A stretch of 64,000 nucleotides of DNA from Candidatus Kapaibacterium sp. (GTDB lineage: Bacteria > Bacteroidota > Ignavibacteria > Kapaibacteriales > UBA2268), in the NCBI GenBank assembly GCA_963665665.1, contig OY762428.1, positions 5,088,001 to 5,152,000 on the forward strand, written 5' to 3'. A model generated the notes under the pieces. The model worked only from the letters and a program-made list of their open reading frames with translations. It made no database searches and was not told where the DNA came from. This document shows, piece after piece, positions 26,901 through 36,028 of the stretch (position 1 is the stretch's first letter; each line of letters starts with the position of its first letter). A program made the position numbers and the translations under genes.

Positions 26901-27516
26901 TGATAATATCATTGAATGCTTCGATGAATTCCGAAAAATTCAAATCCTGAGCATTCTTCACATTAGGAACAAGAAGAAGCCTTGAGCCGTCTTTTTTTTC
27001 AACGTCTACGGCAAGGCCTGCGTTTATTGATTTTCTTCTTATTCTGAATGGTTTTCCGTCTTTGCGGACAAACGCATCGTTCAGCCGGGGATACTTTATA
27101 AGTCCCTTAACAATTGCCCAAAGAATTATATGGGTAAAAGATACCTTTGGGCGTTTCATCTTCAGAAGATATTTATTAATGATCCTGCGATTTTCATCCA
27201 GAGCTTTTACCGGCATGGTTCTTACCGACGTAGCAGTTGGAACCGTCAGGCTTTCCTCCATGTTGACTGATATTTTGGCCGGGATGGGAGAAAGTGGTTC
27301 AAGCGATTCATAACTCTTAAGTTTGATTTCATCTTCAGGCTGATCAAGTGGCTCAGGTTTTGATTCAGTATTGCTTTTTGCTTGATTTTTTACTACAAAA
27401 GCTGATTTTCCGTGGATCTTTTTAAAATATTCCTGCCATTCTTTGCTTACCGAATCAGGATCCTGCAGATATTGAAAATATAACTCTTCTTCAAACGCGT
27501 TGTTAGGACCTATCAT
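23944..27516 (-). CDS. kgd: Multifunctional 2-oxoglutarate dehydrogenase (E2-like succinyltransferase domain fused to E1), Kgd/OdhA type
   Basis: E2 motifs 'VPTATSVR' and 'TYDHRIIQGAESA'. E1 motifs 'AYRVRGH', 'KRFSLEG', 'GMAHRGRLN', 'GDVKYHLG', ThDP-binding 'HGDAAFAGQG', 'WEAQFGDF', 'GPEHSSARLER'. Confidence 0.95.
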   Translation of the reverse strand: MIGPNNAFEEELYFQYLQDPDSVSKEWQEYFKKIHGKSAFVVKNQAKSNTESKPEPLDQPEDEIKLKSYESLEPLSPIPAKISVNMEESLTVPTATSVRTMPVKALDENRRIINKYLLKMKRPKVSFTHIILWAIVKGLIKYPRLNDAFVRKDGKPFRIRRKSINAGLAVDVEKKDGSRLLLVPNVKNAQDLNFSEFIEAFNDIINKSRNNKLDISDLMDTTVTLTNPGMIGTSFSNPRLMKGQGMIIASGTINYPPELQAVRPDMLTNLAVSKVVTMTNTYDHRIIQGAESAEFLAYVNKLLIGEKHFYDQIFAALKIPFEPIRWTVDKYSSAKPGTFVNDDMIEKGAHAMLMINAYRVRGHLLASINPLGQESYYYPELDPAYYGFTIWDLDRQFHADDSWQKNNLPLREIIETVRETYCGPIGVEFMHIQTPDKKEWIKRYLEGSKNTRIFSNDEKIEIYNKLAEAESFENFLHTKYVGHKRFSLEGSESIIVLLDEIFRNAAEKELNSVVLGMAHRGRLNVLVNNIGKDMKQVFDEFDDDIDTTLYSGSGDVKYHLGASGRYKTKKDKKIDVLLAPNPSHLELVNPVVEGMARALNNKIEDKNHKNNLPVLIHGDAAFAGQGIVAETLNLSQLDGYKTGGTIHIIINNQIGFTTTVESSRSSVYATDIAKMIQVPIIHVNGFEPESVIAAAEFAFLYREKFGSDVILDILSFRKYGHNEADEPAYTQPLLYKKIKSMAGVRQKYEKELIAEKVLNNDRIKEVTGKIKAGLEDAYKSRKKGKAADNKELVKYNSGDIFKPVKTSVKENLIEEITQTLTTVPVGFKAHKKVLSLLKKRASMIEPKVNSIDWAMAELLAFGTILTEGRDIRFSGEDTRRGTFSQRHAALFDTMTEEMYIPLNKIRDEQGVLRIYDSPLSEMGVLGFEYGYSVVKPQALTLWEAQFGDFANMAQPIVDQFLSCAETKWNQVSNMVMLLPHSYDGQGPEHSSARLERHLQTCADENMIVCNLSTPAQYFHLLRRQVNAEWRKPLILMTPKSMLRTATAVSPVEEFISGGFKTIIDEGNPEPEKTRKVLLCTGKIYHDIIEYINAKEINDVAIVRVEQLYPFDEKVMKSIIRKYSKVSEFVWVQEEPINMGAWYYIMPRLSGLLLKRHKLNVSARKESASTATGSYTKHVIEQRELLEKAFE

Positions 27517-27627
27517 AGTTTATCAATTAATGTGAATAAATTTTACCCTCTCTGACGTTAATATAATAGGTTTATTAAATAATACTAAATATTTTTGTAT
27601 TGAAATTAAAAATAATTCCAAAATATC

Positions 27628-27656
27628 TTGCAAATCAGCAGTATTCGTAGTAATTT
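27628..27656 (+). promoter_or_regulatory. Candidate sigma-70-type promoter of the histidine kinase
   Basis: TTGCAA-17 nt-TAATTT. Confidence 0.35.
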
Positions 27657-27721
27657 TCGGCACGGATTATGCTGTTTTACAATATTGATGTTGATTGATT
27701 TTAAAGATTGAGCAGGAAGAA

Positions 27722-29452
27722 ATGAAGGTCCAGAAAAGAATAGCAATGATATTTATCGTGTCGCTCGTGTTATTGCTTTTAACAATTGTTGCATACCTAT
27801 ATATTAATAAGGTCGGCCATGAGAATATCCAGGCAGAGGAATTGAAAGCCAAGGAATATGCCGTGGATATTGCAATACAGAACTCAGGCGACTACCTGAT
27901 GAAATTTGCTGTGGATTATACTCTCTGGGATGAATTGGTAAGATTCATAAATAAGTATGATTCAGCCTGGGCCGGTGATAATATTAATACTCTGATAAAA
28001 ACAACCCATATTAAGTATGTCTGGATATTCAACCAAAACAGAGATATTGTTCATTATCTACAGGATAAATCTTACCCGAAGATTGAAACACCGCTTTCTT
28101 CATACTGTATTAAAAAGATAATGTCGGGCAAGAAATATTCAAAGCACAGGTTTTGTCATTTTTATTTGCGGCATGATGATATAATTATCGAAGTTGCCGG
28201 AGCCACGGTTCATGGTTCCGATGATATTGACAGGAAAACCAGGCCGGAAGGGTATTTCTTCATTGCCAGGATTATTGATTCAGTAAGTATTGATGATCTT
28301 GAAATTCTGACCAACAGCGAGGTTCAGTTAGAACTTGATACCGGTAAAGTTCATGAAATTGGTGATTTTGAAACATTTATCGAAAAAAGGCTCAGAAATC
28401 AGAATGGACTGCCCATCGCAAAATTATTTTTTATAAGCGAAGATAAAATCGGAAGGTCGGAAGATAAATTCTCCAAAATATATCTTGCCGTGAATATTGT
28501 TGTTATTCTAATATTGATGATATTTACTTTCACTATGATCAAGAAAAATGTCAGCACCCCTCTTGGAAGAATCGCAAAAAGCCTTGATACAGGGGATGTA
28601 AAACATATTCAGCTAACAAAATCAAGGGACGATGAGTTCGGGCAAATTGCAATGCTGATCGAGGAATCTTTCAGGTACAGGGAACAGCTTGAAAACTCTT
28701 CCGAACAGATTCAGTTTAAAAATGATAAATTGCAGGAACTGAATGCCACTAAGGATAAATTCTTTTCAATTATTGCCCATGACCTGAAAAATCCTTTCGG
28801 TGTGATTTTGCAAACTACGGAATTCCTTGCCAATCCTGATTATGACCATAGTAAAGAAGAATTTATGGATTTTTCCAAAGATTTGAATTTTACTGCTAAG
28901 AATCTTTTCAATCTTTTGGAAAACCTTCTTACCTGGGCAAGGTCGCAAAAAGGCACGATTAAATTTGAGCCTTCAACGCAAAAAATCCATGATCTTAGTG
29001 AAACTACGAAATCGGTTCTCAATACACAGGCCTATGCTAAAAAGATCACTATCATCAATAATGTTGCTGAGGATATTGTTTGCGATTGTGACAGAAATAT
29101 GATACTAACAGTATTCAGGAACCTGACATCAAATGCTATTAAATTTACTAATGAAGAAGGTGAGATCAGGCTGTCCGGCAAAATAAACGATAGCGGAGAG
29201 GCAGAATTCAGTGTAAGTGATAACGGTGTCGGGATGTCCGATGAAAATATGAAAAAACTTTTCCGGATAGATGTTAATGTTTCAACTATCGGTACTTCCC
29301 AGGAAAAGGGAACGGGGCTGGGGCTGATACTCTGCAAAGAGTTTGTGGAAAGGCACGGCGGCAGAATATGGGTGGATAGCAAAATTGGCGAAGGATCGAA
29401 ATTTTCTTTCACACTGCCTTTGAAACAGGAAATAATTGAGGAATCAAAATAG
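27722..29452 (+). CDS. Membrane sensor histidine kinase with CHASE4-like sensor domain
   Basis: Two TMs and CHASE4-like 'DYTLWDE'. H-box 'FFSIIAHDLKNP', N-box 'RNLTSNAIKFT', G-boxes 'SDNGVGM' and 'GTGLGL'. Start at ATG 27722 after AGGA. Confidence 0.9.
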   Translation: MKVQKRIAMIFIVSLVLLLLTIVAYLYINKVGHENIQAEELKAKEYAVDIAIQNSGDYLMKFAVDYTLWDELVRFINKYDSAWAGDNINTLIKTTHIKYVWIFNQNRDIVHYLQDKSYPKIETPLSSYCIKKIMSGKKYSKHRFCHFYLRHDDIIIEVAGATVHGSDDIDRKTRPEGYFFIARIIDSVSIDDLEILTNSEVQLELDTGKVHEIGDFETFIEKRLRNQNGLPIAKLFFISEDKIGRSEDKFSKIYLAVNIVVILILMIFTFTMIKKNVSTPLGRIAKSLDTGDVKHIQLTKSRDDEFGQIAMLIEESFRYREQLENSSEQIQFKNDKLQELNATKDKFFSIIAHDLKNPFGVILQTTEFLANPDYDHSKEEFMDFSKDLNFTAKNLFNLLENLLTWARSQKGTIKFEPSTQKIHDLSETTKSVLNTQAYAKKITIINNVAEDIVCDCDRNMILTVFRNLTSNAIKFTNEEGEIRLSGKINDSGEAEFSVSDNGVGMSDENMKKLFRIDVNVSTIGTSQEKGTGLGLILCKEFVERHGGRIWVDSKIGEGSKFSFTLPLKQEIIEESK

Positions 29453-29453
29453 A

Positions 29454-30329
29454 ATGAGATATTTAATCTTTCTATTAGCAGCATGTGGTTTAGTGTCCTG
29501 TAGTGAGGATAGTAGTTCGATTGAACAAGACAACCTGAATATTGGAACCTTTAATATTCAGTGGCTTGGCGACGGCATCGAGGATATAGTTCATCGTGAA
29601 AATTCAGATTACGAACGAATAGCAGAAGTAATTGAAGATTGTGGTGCTGATATAATGGCTCTTCAGGAAATTGAAAATCAGGCGGCTCTTACTAAAGTTC
29701 TGGGTTTTATCCCTGAGTATTCCGGATTTGTCCTGGGTGGCGAAGCAGGGCAGAACGTGGGCCTGATTTACAAACCCGGTATTGAAGTTAGCAATATTGA
29801 AAGTCTGCCGCAGCTTATTGTTAAGCCTGGAAAAACAAGAGCGGGACTTGACCTGAATGTTAAATTCGGAGAATTTGATTTCAGGATGCTGGTTGTTCAT
29901 CTTAAATCAACATCAAGATACGACAGTACCGACGAGATGCGGGAAAATTCAATAATATGGCGAAGGCAGCAAGTTGATTTTATAAATTACTGGGTTGACT
30001 CGCTCGTTTCAAATTCTGAAGAAAAGGATTATATTATACTTGGTGATTTCAACGATTATCCCGGAAAGTTAAATAATTCCACAATGGATTCCCTGATAAA
30101 TAATTCCGGCCTTGAAATATTGAGTTCAGGTTTGAAAAGCTGCAAGGATAAGAACTGGAACTCTATAGACCATATCATTGTTACAGAATCTGCTGCCGGG
30201 CGATATAAGCCGAAATCAGTCAGAATGTGGAATTTCCGCAGTGCTTATCCTGACGAAGAGGCTGATAAAATCTCAGATCATTGTCCCGTTATTGCAGGTT
30301 TCGATGCTACAGCCAAAGATAATGATTGA
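29454..30329 (+). CDS. Endonuclease/exonuclease/phosphatase (EEP) family lipoprotein
   Basis: Lipobox 'GLVS-C'. Motifs 'TFNIQW', 'ALQEI', 'VHLKS', 'LGDFND', 'IDHI', 'SDHCPV'. Confidence 0.88.
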   Translation: MRYLIFLLAACGLVSCSEDSSSIEQDNLNIGTFNIQWLGDGIEDIVHRENSDYERIAEVIEDCGADIMALQEIENQAALTKVLGFIPEYSGFVLGGEAGQNVGLIYKPGIEVSNIESLPQLIVKPGKTRAGLDLNVKFGEFDFRMLVVHLKSTSRYDSTDEMRENSIIWRRQQVDFINYWVDSLVSNSEEKDYIILGDFNDYPGKLNNSTMDSLINNSGLEILSSGLKSCKDKNWNSIDHIIVTESAAGRYKPKSVRMWNFRSAYPDEEADKISDHCPVIAGFDATAKDND

Positions 30330-30462
30330 TGTTTTTGGTAGTTCCGTCATTAATTTTACCATCAAAAATATATAAATCCAGGCATTTGTATTATTTTAAT
30401 TGGCAGTTTGCCTTGTAATCATTTACATAAGCTAAACTTAAATGTTAGCAATGATTTTCTGT

Positions 30463-31194
30463 TTATAGTTTTGTTCCTACATAATGCCTTAGCATATCGT
30501 TCCATGATTTATAATCGTGAGAATAGTTCTCATTCCAAATGTCAGTGTGGTGAGTAATACCTTTATGAAAAAGAATATTCGAAAAATGTCGGGTCTCCTC
30601 AGGAGTTTCCCCTTCTCCGGAACCTGAAGCAATATAGATATGCTTTCTGCTGCGCAGGTAGGAAAGCCAGTAATCATCATTTAATAATGAAATGAAATCT
30701 TTCGGGGAATTGTAATAGCAGTTGTCATCAAAATATCCACCCGTAATTCTGCGAATATCATAGAAAGAACTAAGCGAGAAAGTACCTATTATCAGGTCAG
30801 GCCTGCGGAAAAATATATTTGCTGCGTGATAACCGCCATAGGAGGCTCCGGCAGTCAACATTGGTACAGCGCCGCCGGAACTGTCAAAAATAATTGGAAT
30901 TACTTCCTCATTCAGAAATTCATTGTAAGCAGCATGTTTTTGGGATTTTTCCTCGTTGGTGCATTGCGGACAAAGCCAGTTTTCCCTGTTAATTGAAGGA
31001 ATTGAATATACTTTGAACCGCCCGGAATTAATAAAATCCTCAATGGATTCTATCATACCGTTTTCCTCGGGTTCCAAAGGATCGTCGCTTAACGCCGGAA
31101 AAAGCAAAAGGGCATAACCAAAATGGCCGTAAGTTATAATTTTTCTTTCAGCGCCAATTTTTTTACTATTGAACCTGATAACTTCACGTTTCAT
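30463..31194 (-). CDS. Alpha/beta-hydrolase esterase family protein
   Basis: Nucleophile elbow 'GASYGG', 'YGHFG..LLLFP', catalytic His in 'SHDYKSW'. Start at ATG 31194. Confidence 0.8.
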   Translation of the reverse strand: MKREVIRFNSKKIGAERKIITYGHFGYALLLFPALSDDPLEPEENGMIESIEDFINSGRFKVYSIPSINRENWLCPQCTNEEKSQKHAAYNEFLNEEVIPIIFDSSGGAVPMLTAGASYGGYHAANIFFRRPDLIIGTFSLSSFYDIRRITGGYFDDNCYYNSPKDFISLLNDDYWLSYLRSRKHIYIASGSGEGETPEETRHFSNILFHKGITHHTDIWNENYSHDYKSWNDMLRHYVGTKL

Positions 31195-31272
31195 TAAGTA
31201 TCCTTGCAAAAAGGTATAATCAAATATCTAACTTGAAACGTAATTTTCTAATTTTAATTGTGAAATAAAATT

Positions 31273-31878
31273 TTATAAATTATATACATCCTTCAAAATT
31301 TTTACGAGGTTCATTGCTGCATTGTTCCTGTGGCTGATAGCATTCTTCTCGTCAGCAGACATTTCAGCGAAAGTTCTGCTATGGCCAAGGGGAACAAACA
31401 GTGAATCATATCCGAAACCACCGCGGCCTTTTTCCTCGCGTATTATCCTGCCTTCGCATTTACCGACTGCATACCTAACAATATCCATGTCAACAAGGCA
31501 AATCACTGTCCTGAATCTGGCAGTTCTCTGATTATCATCAGTACCGTCGAGTAATTCAAGAGCTTTATTCCTGTTGGCGGCATCATTGCCATGCTCTCCG
31601 GCAAAACGTGCCGAATAAACTCCCGGCTGACCGTTTAAAGCATCAATTTCAAGTCCTGTATCGTCGGCTATTGCAGGCATACCGGAAACTTCGTGAAAAG
31701 CCTTTGCCTTGATCAGCGAATTTTCTTCAAAAGTTGTTCCAGTTTCCTCGGGGTCAATATTGTTTTCAAGAACTTCTGCCGGGAGCAACAGCTGAACCTG
31801 ACCCGGTATCTCGCGGTCAAATATCTGCTGAATTTCTTCCTGTTTATGTTTGTTGTTCGAACCGAGTAATATTTTCAT
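31273..31878 (-). CDS. rdgB: Non-canonical purine NTP pyrophosphatase (RdgB/HAM1)
   Basis: 'SNNKHK', 'ETGTTFEENSLIKA', 'ADDTGL', 'PGVYSAR', 'GFGYD', 'KNAISHR'. Confidence 0.95.
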   Translation of the reverse strand: MKILLGSNNKHKQEEIQQIFDREIPGQVQLLLPAEVLENNIDPEETGTTFEENSLIKAKAFHEVSGMPAIADDTGLEIDALNGQPGVYSARFAGEHGNDAANRNKALELLDGTDDNQRTARFRTVICLVDMDIVRYAVGKCEGRIIREEKGRGGFGYDSLFVPLGHSRTFAEMSADEKNAISHRNNAAMNLVKILKDVYNL

Positions 31879-31901
31879 AATTCTCTGATTAAAGTTTCTG
31901 A

Positions 31902-33908
31902 TTACAGTTTTTTCAATATAATTTTTTGTTCAGAATCCTGCTGGGAATTTTTAAAGAAATCTTTCACATCTTTGAAATTTTCCGTTTTGATTTTATCTTC
32001 CTTGATTATAAAGCCAATGTTTGATGAAATAAATCCATTCCCCTGGCTTACTTTACTTTCAAAATAAAGTTTACCTGTTTTGAATGCGTTCTCTTTCGGG
32101 AGGCCATCAATTTTGAATTTATCAGCAGGGTAGATAACATTTACATTTTTCTGAACGGTTTCAGGATAGCTGAAAACTATGGGATATTTTCTTTCATCTT
32201 TTTGAATAAGGGATTTCATATAGCCGAAGAAATTAAAAACATCGAAATTCAGCATTACCAATGATCCTTGATTCTCGACAATTTTATCAGAATTCATTGT
32301 AAAGCTTATCTCGAATATTTCGTCCAATGAATCAGGTTCCGTGAATTTCAGGTCTGTAATACCAGCTGAAATATCATCATTGAAGAAAAGGTCCTTTATT
32401 TCGGTTACAATATCTTCTTCCTTTTCATCATCCATCCGGTAACGTATAAGGTAATTCCACTCCCCGAAAAAAATTGATTTTACTTTTACTTCGGAATTAC
32501 CATTTTCATCAATATTCACATTTATATCAACAATCCTTTTATTTTCTTCGCATTTGGATTTTCCAATGGTGTAGAACAGGGAAGAGCCGTTATCAAGAAT
32601 TACCAGGGCAGGAAGTCCTTCAATATAGAAAGGAATATCCTGTACGTTCTGATAATCCAGCGAAGGATCAAGCCATAGTTCCTTTTTATCTTTGGTTTTC
32701 ACATAAGTAATCATCCTGGAAAATTTCCATTCCGGGAATCCTTCATCAATTTTCTGCTCGTCATCAGTTCTCAGCATTGCAGGATAGGCTTTTATATCCA
32801 TTGATTTCAGAAGTGTGATAAGAAGAAGATTCTTTTCAAATCTTTCTCCGAATTCTCTCTCAATTATTGTTTTGGGTGAGGTCATATAATACATATCATC
32901 TGAATCGATGGTTTTTTCAGTTTTCATTTTCCTGACATAATGGAAAAGGTTTGCAATTTTGGTTTCTTCACTGTCAGTACTGTCACAGAGCTCCAAGGCC
33001 TTGTACTTAACAGAATCAGTATTTTCAAGGTGTTCTTTCATTTCGCCATTCCAGAAACCTTTGGAAAGCATATTCCAGCTTTTGTAATATTTAGGAACAT
33101 AAACGATATTTGCCCTGTGATTAAGATGCGCCGACATCATTTTCTCCGGTTTGAAAGCAGGGATTTTTTTGTAAATCCAGTTAATGCATTCTTTGCTTCC
33201 TTCCACTTCGGGCTGGGGGAACTGTTTATAATCGAGTTCACTTTGTTCTGTTTTCCACAAGAAACCACTTTGAATCCGCATTGCTTTCCAATTATTCGAG
33301 GATGACAGTTTAAAATGTGAATACAATTTTGGCTCGTCATAGTTCTGTACATAAAAACGGCCCGACCCGTAAACACTTGTCCACTTCAACTTCAGTGTAA
33401 ATTCAATTATGCTGCCTTCCACAAGATTAGGGAAATTAAGTGTATAATTTGTCTCGCGGAAACCACTTCTTTCCACTACAACTTCATTACTAATAACGTC
33501 TTTGGGCCCAAGAACATAAACCGTACCATCAGGATGGATAACTCTTGCACCTGCTGCGATCAATTCGTCATATTCGTCAATCGTGTATGATGTTTCAGAA
33601 TATTCTTCAATATTTTTAAAAACCTTTTTTACCCAGTGAATTGTAGTTATGGAACTGAACATACCCTCGAAAGTTACCGCATCAGGATTAACTTCAAGGA
33701 AGCGCTCGCGGAATTCATAAAGAATTACGGCGTCGGCGTTTGGATAGTCCTCTGCGTCGGGGTATTCGTCAATTTCAGCAAGTTCAAGGATATTTTCTTT
33801 GCTGATAAATTCGGCTTTTTCTTCGCCACAGGAAAGGAAGAAAAATGATAGTGATGTAATTAATATTATATTCAGTATGATTAGGGCATATTTCATGATA
33901 TTATCCAT
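31902..33908 (-). CDS. DUF3857/transglutaminase-like lipoprotein, catalytic residues absent
   Basis: Lipobox 'FLS-C'. 'FPNLVEGSIIEF' DUF3857-like segment. TGase core 'IIEREFGERFEKNLLL...KFSRMI...WLDPS' lacks both Cys and His. Confidence 0.8.
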   Translation of the reverse strand: MDNIMKYALIILNIILITSLSFFFLSCGEEKAEFISKENILELAEIDEYPDAEDYPNADAVILYEFRERFLEVNPDAVTFEGMFSSITTIHWVKKVFKNIEEYSETSYTIDEYDELIAAGARVIHPDGTVYVLGPKDVISNEVVVERSGFRETNYTLNFPNLVEGSIIEFTLKLKWTSVYGSGRFYVQNYDEPKLYSHFKLSSSNNWKAMRIQSGFLWKTEQSELDYKQFPQPEVEGSKECINWIYKKIPAFKPEKMMSAHLNHRANIVYVPKYYKSWNMLSKGFWNGEMKEHLENTDSVKYKALELCDSTDSEETKIANLFHYVRKMKTEKTIDSDDMYYMTSPKTIIEREFGERFEKNLLLITLLKSMDIKAYPAMLRTDDEQKIDEGFPEWKFSRMITYVKTKDKKELWLDPSLDYQNVQDIPFYIEGLPALVILDNGSSLFYTIGKSKCEENKRIVDINVNIDENGNSEVKVKSIFFGEWNYLIRYRMDDEKEEDIVTEIKDLFFNDDISAGITDLKFTEPDSLDEIFEISFTMNSDKIVENQGSLVMLNFDVFNFFGYMKSLIQKDERKYPIVFSYPETVQKNVNVIYPADKFKIDGLPKENAFKTGKLYFESKVSQGNGFISSNIGFIIKEDKIKTENFKDVKDFFKNSQQDSEQKIILKKL

Positions 33909-33927
33909 ATAAATGTTTGTTAAATTA

Positions 33928-35880
33928 TTACTTTTTAAATATTATGCTTCCTGCTGACAGTTCAGAGGATTTTTTGTAAAAATCCCTTAAGCTGTCAAAT
34001 TCGGAGGATTTAAAATCAGATATGTTCCTGACAAAGCTTTCTGAAACTTTAATTGTTCCCGGTTCAAAAGTTGATTTATAATGATAATTGAGGCCTTTAT
34101 AATCAATGTTTTTATCAATTTTTGATGATTCCGGGTGAATAATTTCAGAAGGGTAATGAATGTTTACCTGATTAAAAATGGAAACATTACCTTCGAAATC
34201 AATATCGTGAATACGTTTGTCTTTATCCAGCCAGTCAAGGTTCCCGAGGATATCAACAACAGATGTATTAATTATCAGGTAATCGCCACTTAATTTAATA
34301 AAGTTATCGGCTGTACATGTAAATTCCACTTCGAAAGGTTTGTCTACCGAATCAAGGGACGAATAAATGAATTCTTCCGGTTTTACATTCAAGGATGAAC
34401 CCGACAGAATACCCTTTACCATTTTTTCCTCGTATTCATCCTTAAAATCCTCATAAAAATTTCTTATTGAAGCAGCTATGCCATTGTAATATCTCGTTTT
34501 CATTTTGAATTTTACATTCTCACTTTTATCTACCGAGATATCAATGAAATATTCAATTTTATTTTCATTTGCCGGGCAGTTAGGAATGTCTTTTACAATA
34601 CAATTATTTTCATCTTTCAACACCAGGACTTTAATTCCCTGGTCCATATCCGGCAGTGTACCGAGCGGATGATATTTGGCTGTTCCGTCCAGAAAAATTT
34701 CCTGTCCGTCCTTTGTTTCTACCATTGTAATAACATGATTGAAATATGAATTTACAAGTTCAGGATTTAAGTCGAAGCTTCCTTTTGTTGGCACTAAAAC
34801 CGGATAAGCCTTTATTCCTTTGCTTTTTAGCAGTGACGTCAGAAGGCAGGCTTTGTCCTTGCAATCTCCATAATCTCTTTCAATTACCCTGTCGCAAGGT
34901 GTGGGTGTATTGCCTCCATCTTCGAAACTGATATCATTGTAGCGAATTTCACGAACATATTTATAAATGGCATTGATTTTCTCCATTTCCGATTTGCAAT
35001 CTGTGGTAAGTTTATCGGCGATTTCCTGTACCTTCGGAGTTGCTTTTGCATTCGGGAGAAAACGTTCTTTCAGGTAAATACCATAAACATTCTCCCATTT
35101 CGAAACCGGGGCTAATGTAAAATTAATATGTGGCTTTGTGAAAGTTACAGTAGGCATATATGGTTCATATTCCATGCATTCCATATTTCTTATCTTAATG
35201 TCCAGATAAGACCTGCTACCGGCACTACCGCTTGTTTTATTTATATTATCAAATTCCTTATTATCCAAGGAATATATTATTCCTTTTTTTCCGGGAATCA
35301 TTTCATCCCAGCCTGCTGGATAGTCGTAATGATAATGTTGATAAATAATTGGAAATCCGAATTGTTGGAAAGAATTGTAATTTCTGAATTCCAAAGAATT
35401 CTCGGAAGTTTCGAAAAATACTTCCACAAGACAGCCGGGTTCCATATCGGTTAATCTGACAGCATAACTTTGCCATTTTTCCTTGTAATCACCAAAATTA
35501 ACATCTGATTTTACAGCCATATCGCTGCTGATCTCATATTCACTTCCGTCATTCTTGATTACCCGGGCATTAAAAGCGGTTATTTTTTTTCTTGGGGTAG
35601 TTGTATATGTGAGAACTGAATGATCGGAGAGATTTTTAAATACTCTTTTTACATAATGCCATCTTGAAGTGCTTACAAGATTATCACCATTTCTATCGAA
35701 TGAAACCTGATAATCGTCATAGAGCATTACTGCATCACAATCGGGATAATCTTCCTGCTCCGGAAGTTTTTCCGTTCCGATAATGTTCAGAAGCTCGTTT
35801 CTTTCCAGAAATTCTCCTCCTTTACATCCAAAACTAATTGTAATCAATGTAAATATTAATATCCTCAACAAAAAGGACAT
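33928..35880 (-). CDS. DUF3857/transglutaminase-like lipoprotein with intact Cys-His-Asp triad
   Basis: Lipobox 'SFG-C'. 'RDYGDCKDKACLL', 'FNHVIT', 'FLDGT'. GGAGG RBS. Confidence 0.88.
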   Translation of the reverse strand: MSFLLRILIFTLITISFGCKGGEFLERNELLNIIGTEKLPEQEDYPDCDAVMLYDDYQVSFDRNGDNLVSTSRWHYVKRVFKNLSDHSVLTYTTTPRKKITAFNARVIKNDGSEYEISSDMAVKSDVNFGDYKEKWQSYAVRLTDMEPGCLVEVFFETSENSLEFRNYNSFQQFGFPIIYQHYHYDYPAGWDEMIPGKKGIIYSLDNKEFDNINKTSGSAGSRSYLDIKIRNMECMEYEPYMPTVTFTKPHINFTLAPVSKWENVYGIYLKERFLPNAKATPKVQEIADKLTTDCKSEMEKINAIYKYVREIRYNDISFEDGGNTPTPCDRVIERDYGDCKDKACLLTSLLKSKGIKAYPVLVPTKGSFDLNPELVNSYFNHVITMVETKDGQEIFLDGTAKYHPLGTLPDMDQGIKVLVLKDENNCIVKDIPNCPANENKIEYFIDISVDKSENVKFKMKTRYYNGIAASIRNFYEDFKDEYEEKMVKGILSGSSLNVKPEEFIYSSLDSVDKPFEVEFTCTADNFIKLSGDYLIINTSVVDILGNLDWLDKDKRIHDIDFEGNVSIFNQVNIHYPSEIIHPESSKIDKNIDYKGLNYHYKSTFEPGTIKVSESFVRNISDFKSSEFDSLRDFYKKSSELSAGSIIFKK

Positions 35881-35963
35881 AAGATGCCTCCACCAATATT
35901 AGCAAAAATATTTTATTTTTTCCAACAGGAATAGAATTCCCAAGCGTACTTTCATAATTTAAT

Positions 35964-35997
35964 AAAAAATCCGGAATTTTGAAAAAAATTCCGGATT
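35964..35997 (-). terminator. Intrinsic terminator after meaB
   Basis: Perfect 13-bp inverted repeat AATCCGGAATTTT / AAAATTCCGGATT with a T-run on the minus strand. Confidence 0.75.
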
Positions 35998-36028
35998 CTA
36001 ACATGATTATCTATACAAAGTGTTGTTA

